56,703 nucleotides of DNA from Cyanobacteria bacterium J06626_4 (GTDB lineage: Bacteria; Cyanobacteriota; Cyanobacteriia; Phormidesmidales; Phormidesmidaceae), in assembly GCA_038523235.1 (NCBI GenBank), contig JBCBJQ010000028.1:1-56703 (forward strand), read 5' to 3'. A model generated the notes under the pieces. It was given only the letters and a program-made list of their open reading frames with translations. It did not search any database and was not told where the DNA came from. The position numbers and the translations under genes are program-made. Below are positions 9,468 through 19,366 of the stretch, one piece after another. The stretch's first letter is position 1; each line of letters begins with the position of its first letter.

Positions 9468-9913
9468 CTATTCAGCGGAGCCATCTTCGAGTTCTTCTTC
9501 CAGCTCATCAACCATATTGGGACTGATCAGCGTGATATCAAATTCATCAGGCGGCATGGGTGATGTCGCATCGCGTCGAGCTGATAGTAAATCGCCCGAG
9601 CCTGCGGCCCAAACACGATTTCATCTTCATTTTTGAGGTCATGGGCAGCGACTTTGCGACCATTAATCAACATGCCATTAGCGCTGGGCTTACCTTTGAG
9701 GTTGCCGTCAACAATCCGATAATAAAAAGTGTTGTCGTCTTTGGGCAGCTGTACCAAGGTGGCATGGTGACGAGACACAAACTGTGAAGACAGACGAATG
9801 TCACACTTAGGATCACGACCGATGGAATACACAGAGCCATCGAGGATGATTTCGCGTCGTCCTTTGCTGTCTTCAACAATAAAGATATTACTGAGCTGAG
9901 ATTCTGGAGACAT
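9468..9913 (-). pseudogene. FHA-domain protein with an apparent 1-nt frameshift near 9578 (ORF as read is 9527-9913)
   Basis: FHA motifs IGR, SRHH and NG are intact. An acidic tail RRDATSPMPPDEFDITLISPNM...EDGSAE* continues in the neighbouring frame to TAG at 9468. Could be a sequencing error. Confidence 0.7.
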
Positions 9914-10364
9914 GCTCGACGCCTCTTCCTACCACGTGTGACAACCATCAATTCAATGCTTTAAACCTTGATGGCCATGCCAATCAAGTCTTGTAACTTT
10001 ACCATTACATCAAATTATCAGCCTACTCGGTAAACATTAAAGTTATGCTCACCCGATCAGCGATACCGCTCTTTTATAATTCCCCTGATTCAGCAGAACT
10101 CTGCTGATTAACAGCTATTCCACCGTGTCAACCAAATTCCGCAACAATTTCTAAATTTCTGGCTGACGCTGACTAGACCACCCCAGACGTTGACCGTCTA
10201 CCTATCTATTCACAAAGGGGGCAGTGAATCGGTGAGTCAGATCACGTCAGCTTGAGGGCACGTCATCCACTAACGACTAACCTGCTGAAGTCTGCTGACC
10301 AATATCCATAGGGCGTTCTGACGCCACAGGCGGTGGAGTCTTGCCCTTCCCACAGGGTATGCCT

Positions 10365-10919
10365 CTAGGTATCCCAGGTCGGTACGTCAGTATCCCGAAG
10401 CCGCCGCATCAGCCAATCAAAGCGAATGCCGCCGAGCTTCATGTTGTCGGCCATGTCATCCGAAAAGAGATTTTGATTCAAGGTAGTGGGTTCCCAAAAT
10501 TCGGCCTCCAAATGCTGTACAGTGCCTCGGAGGCGAATCGATAGCAACGTTGCTAAAGCCTGATACCACCTTTTGGCAAACCCAACATCTTGCGCCAGTT
10601 TTTGCTCCAACACGTCACGCCGAATCGCTAGTACCACTGAGGGTTCGACGGCAGTGACCGTGGCCGACGGTGGCAGATGATCGACAAAAGACATCTCACC
10701 GACGACTTCACCACTCGACAGGCGGGCAATGGCGGCATCGCGAGATCGCTCAATCGAAACTACAAACTGCCCCGCCAGAATCAGATAAATCGCCGCGATC
10801 GCGCTCCCTTCCTGAATTAGCACTTCACCCCCGGCAAGCTCGTAGCGGTTGCCGGCGCTGACCAACCAGTCGACATCTTCGTCTTCCAAAATGCCGAGGA
10901 TAAACAGGATGCGTTCCAT
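10365..10919 (-). CDS. Cyclic nucleotide-binding domain protein (no HTH)
   Basis: LIQEG...IYLILAG...GEVVGEMSF..PPSATV cNMP fold. Confidence 0.88.
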   Translation of the reverse strand: MERILFILGILEDEDVDWLVSAGNRYELAGGEVLIQEGSAIAAIYLILAGQFVVSIERSRDAAIARLSSGEVVGEMSFVDHLPPSATVTAVEPSVVLAIRRDVLEQKLAQDVGFAKRWYQALATLLSIRLRGTVQHLEAEFWEPTTLNQNLFSDDMADNMKLGGIRFDWLMRRLRDTDVPTWDT

Positions 10920-11046
10920 GCCTTTATGCGTCCTAAATGGTTCAGTTGCCAGCGTCTTGAGTGAGCCATAAGTGTGTGTGTAGGAAACTGCCCTCGATCA
11001 GCCCCAGGGCTTATTATCCATACATATTTCACACCCTAAATTACAG

Positions 11047-11847
11047 ATGTCTGTTCTTTTTGCCGATATTGACACAGTTCACGTCTGTGCCTATTTTGTG
11101 GGCCAAAAGATTGACCTCAAGCCCCTGACCCCAACCTCACCGTTGGCCTTAGAGCCGCTCACTATTGCCAACGGTGATCACAGCTGCGTCGTTCTATTTG
11201 ACTATGGTGTCGCCGTCTTATTTGGCTTATCCAGCGCCGAAACCAGCCAATTTTTGACAGATCTGCAGGATTTGATTGTAAATCCCTTTGCGGAACCCGA
11301 GACCGAGGAAGTCTTAATTCGTCTTGCTCCGATTAACGAAGGCAAGGTTGAGGACACTGTCATTTTGCTATCGCAGTTTACGGTGCCGATTTTGCAGTTG
11401 GTGGCCGATGTGCTGGCTAAAAGTGTGGTCTTAGCAGAGTACGAAGCCGAGTCAGCCCAAGTATTTGACCTAATAGAACCCTTTGCCACGAGCCTACAAG
11501 ACCAAAAGTTTAACCGGCGCGGGGCCAAAATCCTACTGAAGCAAATCGGCAACTGTTTACTCATTCAACACAAGATTGTCGGTCGGGTAGAAATCGTCGA
11601 TAAGCCTGAACTATTGTGGGAGTATCCAGACCTAGATCGTTTTTACGCGCGCATTGAAGATGAGTACGAGATCCGCGAACGGCATTTAGCCTTAGAACGC
11701 AAGCTCGACTTGGTGTCACGCACGGCTGAAACGGCCCTCGATATTCAACGGCAAAACACCGGTCTCAGGCTAGAGTGGTATGTCGTGATCTTGATTGTGA
11801 TCGAGGTGCTGCTATCACTCTATGAGTTGTTCGTTATTGGCAAATAG
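11047..11847 (+). CDS. RMD1/DUF155 family protein
   Basis: LFDYGVAVLFG, LAKSVVL, DKPELLWE and LEWYVVILIVIEV motifs. Confidence 0.9.
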   Translation: MSVLFADIDTVHVCAYFVGQKIDLKPLTPTSPLALEPLTIANGDHSCVVLFDYGVAVLFGLSSAETSQFLTDLQDLIVNPFAEPETEEVLIRLAPINEGKVEDTVILLSQFTVPILQLVADVLAKSVVLAEYEAESAQVFDLIEPFATSLQDQKFNRRGAKILLKQIGNCLLIQHKIVGRVEIVDKPELLWEYPDLDRFYARIEDEYEIRERHLALERKLDLVSRTAETALDIQRQNTGLRLEWYVVILIVIEVLLSLYELFVIGK

Positions 11848-11864
11848 GCATCAGGAGCCAGACT

Positions 11865-12686
11865 ATGGGAGCCATCGTTGAAGTCACTAGCCCCACCTTC
11901 GAAGAAGAGGTGCTGGCCCGCTCCTTTCAGACCCCGGTAGTGGTCGATTTTTTTGCGCAGTGGTGTGGACCCTGCAAAATGCTCAAACCCGTTTTAGAAA
12001 AGCTGACGACCGAGTATGACTTTGTCTTAGCCGCTGTCGATATTGATCAAAATCCTGAACTGGCACGGATCTATCAGGTCGAGGGTGTGCCCGATGTCAG
12101 AGTCGCGCTGCAGGGCCAGCTGTATAACGGCTTCGTCGGCATGTTAGAAGAGCCCCAAATCCGCACGTTGTTAGAGCAGCTCAATTTGAGTTCGGCGTTT
12201 GATGAGGCCATGGCTCAATTAGAGACGATCCGCGCCTCGGGCGATCGCCAGCAGCTAGGCGCACAATACACCACCCTCCTGGCCCAATATCCTGATCGCC
12301 CGGCCCTGTTGCTAGAGGCGGCTCAGTTCTATCTCAAGCAGGGCGAACTCACTACCGCCACCGGGCTGTTAGATCAGATCGATCCGCTGCAGCGTCCTTA
12401 CGGCGCCCAGGCAACGGCGGTACGATCGCTGATGGATTTTCATCAAACGATCGCCGAACTCACGCCGACCACCCCCGCTGATCAGCAGTATCTCGCTGGA
12501 GCCAAGGCAGCGATAGCGGAGGATTATGAAACAGCACTGGAACAATTCTTGGCGCTCGTGCAAAGCGATCGCAAATATCGCAACGACGGCGGTCGCAAAG
12601 CCCTGCTGACGCTGTTTGGCCTCTTAGGCGACGAGCATCCTCTGACCCAGACCTATCGCAAGCGTCTGATGCAGGCACTGTACTGA
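11865..12686 (+). CDS. ybbN: Thioredoxin-TPR chaperedoxin (YbbN/CnoX family)
   Basis: WCGPC thioredoxin domain plus TPR C-terminus ending YRKRLMQALY. Confidence 0.88.
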   Translation: MGAIVEVTSPTFEEEVLARSFQTPVVVDFFAQWCGPCKMLKPVLEKLTTEYDFVLAAVDIDQNPELARIYQVEGVPDVRVALQGQLYNGFVGMLEEPQIRTLLEQLNLSSAFDEAMAQLETIRASGDRQQLGAQYTTLLAQYPDRPALLLEAAQFYLKQGELTTATGLLDQIDPLQRPYGAQATAVRSLMDFHQTIAELTPTTPADQQYLAGAKAAIAEDYETALEQFLALVQSDRKYRNDGGRKALLTLFGLLGDEHPLTQTYRKRLMQALY

Positions 12687-12786
12687 AGCATGAGTCAACA
12701 ACCCTGTGCTTGAGTGATCGAACCTTGGCTCCCTAGCATTACGCAACTCCCATTGGGAGTCGAGCAATATGTCTGGGTATAAGCCG

Positions 12787-13410
12787 CTACTCCCCTCGCC
12801 AGGCAGCCTCAAAAAAATCACGTTCGCAGAGCATGGCATAGCGAAACGTCTCCGCTACCAGCGGATTGTCGGTGCTGTGACGATCAACCAGGGCTTCGAG
12901 CTGAGTCACCAGCGGGGAAAAATCATCGCCGCTGTAGGTGCGCACCCAGTCACTGTAGGCATTCTCTAAAATGCCGCGACTGGCCAACGCCTGACCGATG
13001 TAGGCATACAGCCGCATACAGGGCGACATCGCCGCTGCCGTCACTCCGATCTCTTGCCCCCAGGCGATCGCTAGCAAAAAGTCGGTATACCGCCGGGTGG
13101 TGCTGCCGGGCTGCACATCGCTCAACGAGACGCCCCACGTCTTGGCATAGGTCTGGTGCAGCTTGAGTTCTTCGAGCACACCATTGGCCAATTCGTGAAA
13201 AACCGCAAACTCCTGCCAGTCAGGAGCCTTCGCCGCTGCAATGCTGTAGGCACGCGCAAAGGATTCCAAAAAGAAGGCGTCTTGCCCGACGTAGTAGGCA
13301 AACTTTTTCTGCGGTAGGGTGCCGTCGTAAATGCCTTGCACAAACGGATGTTCGAGGCAGGCACGGGCCAGATCTTGATTTTGTTGCCAGAGACGCTGAG
13401 ACAAATTCAT
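12787..13410 (-). CDS. tenA: TenA family thiaminase II / thiamine salvage protein
   Basis: HPFVQG, YYVGQDAFFL, PCMRLY, YSDWVRTY and ERDFF motifs. Confidence 0.9.
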   Translation of the reverse strand: MNLSQRLWQQNQDLARACLEHPFVQGIYDGTLPQKKFAYYVGQDAFFLESFARAYSIAAAKAPDWQEFAVFHELANGVLEELKLHQTYAKTWGVSLSDVQPGSTTRRYTDFLLAIAWGQEIGVTAAAMSPCMRLYAYIGQALASRGILENAYSDWVRTYSGDDFSPLVTQLEALVDRHSTDNPLVAETFRYAMLCERDFFEAAWRGE

Positions 13411-13677
13411 CGTGATTTAAGCGTGAGGGATTCCTTTTCTTTTACTGGACTCAGGGCAGCGGTGACAGTCGAGACGCTGGTAACACGGGGATATGAAGAC
13501 GACGCTCACAGCTCTCCACCGGGCTCTTAATCCCAGGATGAAGGCAATTGCGGAGAAGAACCCCCATTTCTGTCAGACGGGTTCAGCGAGTCATCATCCG
13601 TTCGTCAGTATCGGCATCGATCACAACTATTCCTACGGCCATCGCCTTGATGAGCAATCTCCGCCAGCGAGATCGCC

Positions 13678-14268
13678 CTAATAAGGAAAACTGCCATAGG
13701 GAAAACTGCCGTTTTCTTCAAACGTACTAGGACTGCCGTCCTCTAATGCTAAGCGTTGGCGGGGTGTGGTCAGAGGCAATCGCTGCACATCGGCGGTGTA
13801 TGCCAAGCTATTTTGCCGAGACAGATCTTTGACCTCTTGCTGGCGTTCGTTAAGTTCATTATTGAGCTCACGAATGCGGCGAGACAGCAGGCGAATAATG
13901 TTAATCGCAATCCCAGGAGTTTCGTCGATCGCCTCATATAGCTGCTGTTGGGTAAGCATTAGGCAATCACAGGCATCTAGCGTAGTGACCGACGCTGAGC
14001 GAGGTTCAGCATCAAACAGCGACATCTCGCCAAAGCAAGCGCCTTCTTCGAGTTGGGCGAGTTCTTGTTGCCGCAGGTGAACGCTAACTCGCCCCGACAC
14101 TACGATATAAAGAGCGCGGCCTTCCTGGCCTTCCGTAAAAATCGTGTGGCGCTCAGGAAACGACAGCTCATCCATAATGGAGGCGAGTCTGACCAAAAAG
14201 TCATCCCTGAGCTCCTTAAAGATCGGGACACCCCGCACAAACAATAATCGATCAACACTCGTCAGCAT
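13678..14268 (-). CDS. Cyclic nucleotide-binding domain protein
   Basis: Intact phosphate-binding cassette FGEMSLFDAEPRSASV; coiled-coil tail; no HTH. Confidence 0.9.
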   Translation of the reverse strand: MLTSVDRLLFVRGVPIFKELRDDFLVRLASIMDELSFPERHTIFTEGQEGRALYIVVSGRVSVHLRQQELAQLEEGACFGEMSLFDAEPRSASVTTLDACDCLMLTQQQLYEAIDETPGIAINIIRLLSRRIRELNNELNERQQEVKDLSRQNSLAYTADVQRLPLTTPRQRLALEDGSPSTFEENGSFPYGSFPY

Positions 14269-15074
14269 AAAGGTAGATAGTTAGCCAAAACTCGGGCAAC
14301 CCAGTGTTAAACCTACAATGCCCAAAGAGTTGACTCCTGTTTTAGAGCACTTACCATAAAGAATCAAGGATAGAGCAGAAACTGGCAGCTGCATTCAAAC
14401 TTGTGGCAAACGCAAGAAAGCGCTGGCTGACGCAGGTTGAATAATGACAATCCATGAATCATGCCAACGGCTGAATGCCGTCACCCTCCTCTTTTAATAC
14501 CAGTCTTGAACAGGCAATTAGCTGGCGTCTCACCCTCTGGCAACCTCTGCACCCCCATCGTCACTCTGAAGCAGACGGGATTGCAGATTCCTAGAATCAA
14601 TGGGTGTTTGAAAGCCCTTGCAAAGTATTGTGAATCCGTTCCGCCCGCATGACCGCAACCCCAGCAGCCAGCGGACGGTTGCGCTATCGAGCAAGGCGTT
14701 ATGGCCTACAGCTAGCCCCCGAGATAACGGGTGATTTGCCGCTGATATCGACATTAACCCCAAGCTTGGGGAACAACCGTGCTAAAAAGGGATGTCAAGC
14801 TTTTGCGGCTTTTGTCGGGATAAGCAGGGGCTTTCTCATACACTTGTCTCATAAAAGTTGTTTCATAAAAGTATTTCATTGGGGCTATCAGGTATCTGAG
14901 CCCAGCACCAAAATGCTCTGGCTCGGCTGATTGACGCGATCGCGGCTAGCTCGATGATCGCCACTGACCCAACGAATAAATACGTCTAATCGCTGTTGAG
15001 AATCGTGAGTAGCTGTGTCATGAATAAATTAGCTGCAAAGTTACGGCGGCACGACTGCACGGGAAGGTAGAGAT

Positions 15075-15836
15075 ATGGTCAAAGTGGTGTCTGTCCACTC
15101 CTTTCGAGGAGGCACCGGCAAATCGAATACAACGGCAAATTTAGCCGCAACGGTGGCCCGCCACGGCAAGCGCGTGGGCATCGTTGATACCGATATTCAG
15201 TCTCCAGGCATTCACGTGCTGTTTGGCTTTGATGAAAGCCATATGAATCTGGCCCTCAACGATTATTTGTGGGGTCGCTGTTCAGTCGAAGAAGCCGCCT
15301 ATGACGTCAGCCATGTACTTCATGAAACGGGTGCTGCAGGCAGCGCGATTTATCTCATTCCCTCCAGCCTCAAAGCCGGAGAAATCGCCCGCGTCCTGCG
15401 GGAAGGCTACGATGTCGGTCTGCTCAATGATGGCTTTCAGGGGTTGATTCAGCAGCTAAATCTAGACTTTTTGTTCATTGACACCCATCCTGGCCTGAAC
15501 GAAGAGACACTGCTATCCATCACCATCTCTGACGTGCTGTTGCTAATTATGCGGCCCGATCGCCAAGACTTTCAGGGCACTGCGGTGACCGTTGATATTG
15601 CGCGCCGTCTAGAAGTGCCTAAGATGCTGTTGATGGTTAACAAGGCACTATCTTCCTTTGACTTTGCGGCTCTAAAATCTGAAGTCGAAGCCACCTATGG
15701 CGTCCCCGTGGCTTCGATTTTGCCGCTGACCGAAGAAATGATTCAGCTCGGCAGCAGCGATATTTTTAGCCTGCGATTTCCCGACCACCCACTGACGCAA
15801 ATTTACGCCCACATTGCCAATCTGCTGTTGGATTAG
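15075..15836 (+). CDS. MinD/ParA/FlhG-family ATPase
   Basis: SFRGGTGKSN deviant Walker A, VDTDIQSPG and FIDTHPG motifs. Confidence 0.88.
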   Translation: MVKVVSVHSFRGGTGKSNTTANLAATVARHGKRVGIVDTDIQSPGIHVLFGFDESHMNLALNDYLWGRCSVEEAAYDVSHVLHETGAAGSAIYLIPSSLKAGEIARVLREGYDVGLLNDGFQGLIQQLNLDFLFIDTHPGLNEETLLSITISDVLLLIMRPDRQDFQGTAVTVDIARRLEVPKMLLMVNKALSSFDFAALKSEVEATYGVPVASILPLTEEMIQLGSSDIFSLRFPDHPLTQIYAHIANLLLD

Positions 15837-16168
15837 GTTCGAGGAGATCCTGTGACCTCAGTCGCACCCTCTGAATTTTGAGTTGGGTTGCAAGAGAGCA
15901 GGCAAACATCAGGGGGATGTTACAACCACTCCGGGTGACAGATATTACCGGGCAGGAGAAGTCTCCCGATGCTAGGACGGTTGCCCACCCTGAACCCCCA
16001 GCCATACACCTAAACCCCAGCTGCAGTTTAATGGTAGACATTTCGCCACCCTCGACTAGACACGCCGCCGTCGGCAGAAACTGGCACGACTCGTTGAAGT
16101 CATTCGCGGGTGGTCGAGTAAGCTAAGCTGGCTAATGACAAAGTGCCCTAGCGAACAAAGGATCTGTC

Positions 16169-17017
16169 GTGCTGATTCGGACATCTTTACTCTCTGCCTT
16201 AACCGCAGTCGGCTTGTGGACAATGGCTCCCCCCGTGATGGGCCAAGCCCTCTTGCCCTATGTCCTACCGTTGGATGCAGAACGGTTAGAAGAACAGGGG
16301 TTGGTGCTGGCTCAAGAGGCCGCTCAGTTCGCTCAACTGCAGCAATATGACATCGCCCTGGCTCAGGCTCAATTGGCCGCTCAGCTGGTGCCCGATAACG
16401 CTGCTGTCTGGGGGCTGCTCGGAACCCTATATCTACAGGTTGAGGAGTTTGACGACTCGATCGCGGCCCTCAACCGCGCCAAAGCTCTAGAAGCAGATAA
16501 CTCATCGGTGTTGTTCGCCTTGGGCACGGCTCATTTTCGCAATGGTGAGTACCAAAAAGCATCTGATTTTCTCGAGTCGGGCCTTACGCTAGAACCGGAC
16601 AATCCGGGAGCGCTCTTCGATTTGGGCAATACCTATTTCAAGCTCGATCAGTTTGAACCGGCGATCGCCCAGTATCAAAAGTCAGTAGACATCGACCCAG
16701 AATTTTGGCCTTCGGTCAATAATATCGGCCTCGTGCAGTATGAGCAGGGGGCCGTTGACGACGCCATTGCTCGTTGGGAAGAATCGCTCGCGATCGCTCC
16801 GATGGAGCCCGAACCCGAACTCGCGATCGCCGTTGCTCAATTTGCTAAAGGCAACGAAGCCGCGGCGTTAGAAATTGGGATTCCCGCTTTAGAAAAAGAC
16901 AGCCGCTATGCCGAAATCGAGTTTTTGATTGAGAACCTCTGGGGGCCTCGCCTAATCGCCGATACCCAAGCGTTCTTCCAGCATCCTGACGTGCAAGCGC
17001 TGTTACCTCAACTCTAA
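16169..17017 (+). CDS. Exported TPR protein
   Basis: Signal peptide followed by several TPRs. Confidence 0.88.
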   Translation: MLIRTSLLSALTAVGLWTMAPPVMGQALLPYVLPLDAERLEEQGLVLAQEAAQFAQLQQYDIALAQAQLAAQLVPDNAAVWGLLGTLYLQVEEFDDSIAALNRAKALEADNSSVLFALGTAHFRNGEYQKASDFLESGLTLEPDNPGALFDLGNTYFKLDQFEPAIAQYQKSVDIDPEFWPSVNNIGLVQYEQGAVDDAIARWEESLAIAPMEPEPELAIAVAQFAKGNEAAALEIGIPALEKDSRYAEIEFLIENLWGPRLIADTQAFFQHPDVQALLPQL

Positions 17018-17046
17018 AGCCAGCTGTAGGACACAGGATTTCACCC

Positions 17047-18249
17047 ATGCAGGTACAAATCGGTGTTCCCGAACTTTGTGCGGTCATTCGCGATCGCATT
17101 GCCAGCACCCCACACAGTCGGCTGCCCTTTGTCGACTTTATGGAGCTAGCCCTCTATCATCCACAGTTTGGCTACTATGCCGCCCAGACATCACAGCTCG
17201 GTCAAGCGGGCGACTTCGTCACGTCAGCTCACCTGAGTGGTGATTTTGCCGAGTTGCTGGCCGACCAGTTTGTCGATATGTGGCAGCGGCTGGGCAAACC
17301 GCGCCCCTGGCAGCTGGTGGAAGTCGGGCCAGGACAAGGGCTGATGGCCGACAGCATTTTGCAGCATCTGCACACCCACCACCCCGACTGTCTAGCCGCC
17401 CTGCATTACACCCTGCTTGAGACTTCCCCGGCTCTCCGCGCGGCCCAGCAGCAGCGTCTAAACCGTTGGCAGTCATACCTCTCCCTGCAGTGGCGTGCCC
17501 TGACCAATTTGCCCCCTGAGTCAATCACGGGCTGCATCTTTTCGAATGAGCTGGTGGATGCCCTGCCGGTGCATCGGGTCACACTGACAGCCAACGGCCT
17601 GCAAGAGCACTATGTCACCCTGGCGTCGGAACCGCAGCGACCGTTCACGACCGTGCTGGCGGCCCTCTCAACGCCCGAGTTGGCCACCTATTTTGACGAT
17701 GTGGGCATTCAGCTCACCTGTCCGCCCTATGCAGTGGGCTTCACCACGGAGATCAATTTGGCAGCGCGACGGTGGCTGCAGCAAGTAACCGCCAAGCTGC
17801 AGCGCGGCTACCTCTTGACGATTGACTACGGCTACGAGGCCGATCGCTACTACAGCCCAGCGCGATCGCAGGGTACGCTGCAGTGCTATACCCAGCACGC
17901 CCATCATGACGATCCCCTAGTCAACATTGGCCAACAAGACATCACCGCCCACGTCGATTTCACCGCCTTGCAAATCCAGGGGGAACAGTCCGGATTAGTC
18001 ACCTTAGGCCAGGTGCCCCAGGCTCTATTTCTAATGGCGCTGGGGCTGGGCGATCGCCTCAACGCCTTAGCCCAACTGCAGGCCACTGACCGAGATACCC
18101 TCAATCGAGCGTTGCACCGCCGTGACGCGCTACATCAGCTGATTAGTCCCCTCGGGTTAGGACAATTCAACGTGTTGGTGCAGGGCAAGGGGTTGACCAC
18201 CGCTGCCCAAAAGCAAATTCAAGGTCTCACTCAACCCACTTTGGGCTGA
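17047..18249 (+). CDS. SAM-dependent methyltransferase, MidA/NDUFAF7 family
   Basis: FMELALY..GYY, GDFVTS, EVGPGQG, SNELVDALPV, IDYG and QDITAHVDF motifs. Confidence 0.93.
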   Translation: MQVQIGVPELCAVIRDRIASTPHSRLPFVDFMELALYHPQFGYYAAQTSQLGQAGDFVTSAHLSGDFAELLADQFVDMWQRLGKPRPWQLVEVGPGQGLMADSILQHLHTHHPDCLAALHYTLLETSPALRAAQQQRLNRWQSYLSLQWRALTNLPPESITGCIFSNELVDALPVHRVTLTANGLQEHYVTLASEPQRPFTTVLAALSTPELATYFDDVGIQLTCPPYAVGFTTEINLAARRWLQQVTAKLQRGYLLTIDYGYEADRYYSPARSQGTLQCYTQHAHHDDPLVNIGQQDITAHVDFTALQIQGEQSGLVTLGQVPQALFLMALGLGDRLNALAQLQATDRDTLNRALHRRDALHQLISPLGLGQFNVLVQGKGLTTAAQKQIQGLTQPTLG

Positions 18250-18261
18250 AAGTTTGCTCGG

Positions 18262-18783
18262 CTACTGCAGCTTGCTTTGCAGCGATTTGAGATATTCGGT
18301 ATTGACGCCTGACTCGCGGGTGAGGGCAATCTTGCCCGTGCGGGCAATTTCTCGCAGGCCAAAGCGCCCTAAAACCTGAACGATCGCCACCATTTTACCG
18401 GGGTCGCCCACGACTTCAATCGTCACAGAATCTTCCGAAACATCCACCACGCGCGCCCGAAAGATTTGTACCAGCTCCAAAATTTCTGACCGGTTGGCGC
18501 TCGTCGCATTCACCTTAATCAGCATCAGCTCGCGCTCAACACAGGGCACTTCGGTAATGTCCTGCACTTTTAAAACGTTGATGAGCTTATAGAGCTGCTT
18601 CGTCAGCTGTTCAATCACCTGATCGTCGCCTGGCACCACCATCGTGATGCGAGAAACGCCCATCTGCTCAGCGGGTCCCACCGCTAAGCTCTCGATGTTA
18701 AAACCCCGACGGGCAAATAATCCAGCAATCCGCGTCAAAACGCCCGCTTCGTCTTCAACCAAAACCGACAGTGTGTGTTTCAT
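18262..18783 (-). CDS. ilvN: Acetolactate synthase small (regulatory) subunit
   Basis: [33 protein letters not shown]; start placed at ATG 18783. Confidence 0.97.
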   Translation of the reverse strand: MKHTLSVLVEDEAGVLTRIAGLFARRGFNIESLAVGPAEQMGVSRITMVVPGDDQVIEQLTKQLYKLINVLKVQDITEVPCVERELMLIKVNATSANRSEILELVQIFRARVVDVSEDSVTIEVVGDPGKMVAIVQVLGRFGLREIARTGKIALTRESGVNTEYLKSLQSKLQ

Positions 18784-19366
18784 AATCTCGGCAGCACCTC
18801 CCGTCCCCTCAGGGGTGGAATGTTTGTAGGGCAAGACGTGATCGTAGCCTGACGCCAGGCTTTTGTTAAGCGTCTAGTGAGGTTTCTAAATCAGCCCAGC
18901 GAGGGCAATTAAGCGGTGGGCAGAGACAGTGCGTCTGAGATATCTGGAAAGAAGGGGAACTGTGGTGGCAGGGGCGTTAGGAGAGCGCCATCGGCAAATG
19001 ACCAAACCCTAGCGGGACAGGCATCACGACACCTGTCCCGCCAAACCAGCCGAGAGCTGAAACCGTTGCGCCGCAGAATTCAGCAGCTCCCTGATGACCG
19101 CCTCGCGATCGGCTCATTCAGTTGGCGCATCGAGAGGGCTGTCGCAGAGCACTGTTAGCCGGCCAAATGTAAACATTTTTTTGCACTTCGCAAAGATGCC
19201 ATCTGCGGCTGCAATTCGCTGCCAGCCTGGATGGCACCAGAGTCAGTGATCACAATCACGCTGCATAGCTAGCGGCGGGCTGTTCCCCCCTGGACGAAAA
19301 CTCAATTAACCGATTACGCTAAATCAAATTTCGAGCTTCTCGTTTGCCCTCACCTCTATTTCCCAG

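Noticed and set aside
9991..10010. TGTAACTTTACCATTACA as an NtcA site upstream of the FHA gene
   Set aside because: Spacing is GTA-N10-TAC rather than GTA-N8-TAC; it is palindromic but not NtcA consensus
13411..13677. TPP riboswitch upstream of tenA
   Set aside because: The CUGAGA...ACCUGA...GCGUAGGGA core was not found on the minus strand
18945..19050. Cobalamin or glycine riboswitch
   Set aside because: GGGGAA, CTGTCCCGC and GGAGAG fragments are present, but the B12 box and the required order and pairing are missing
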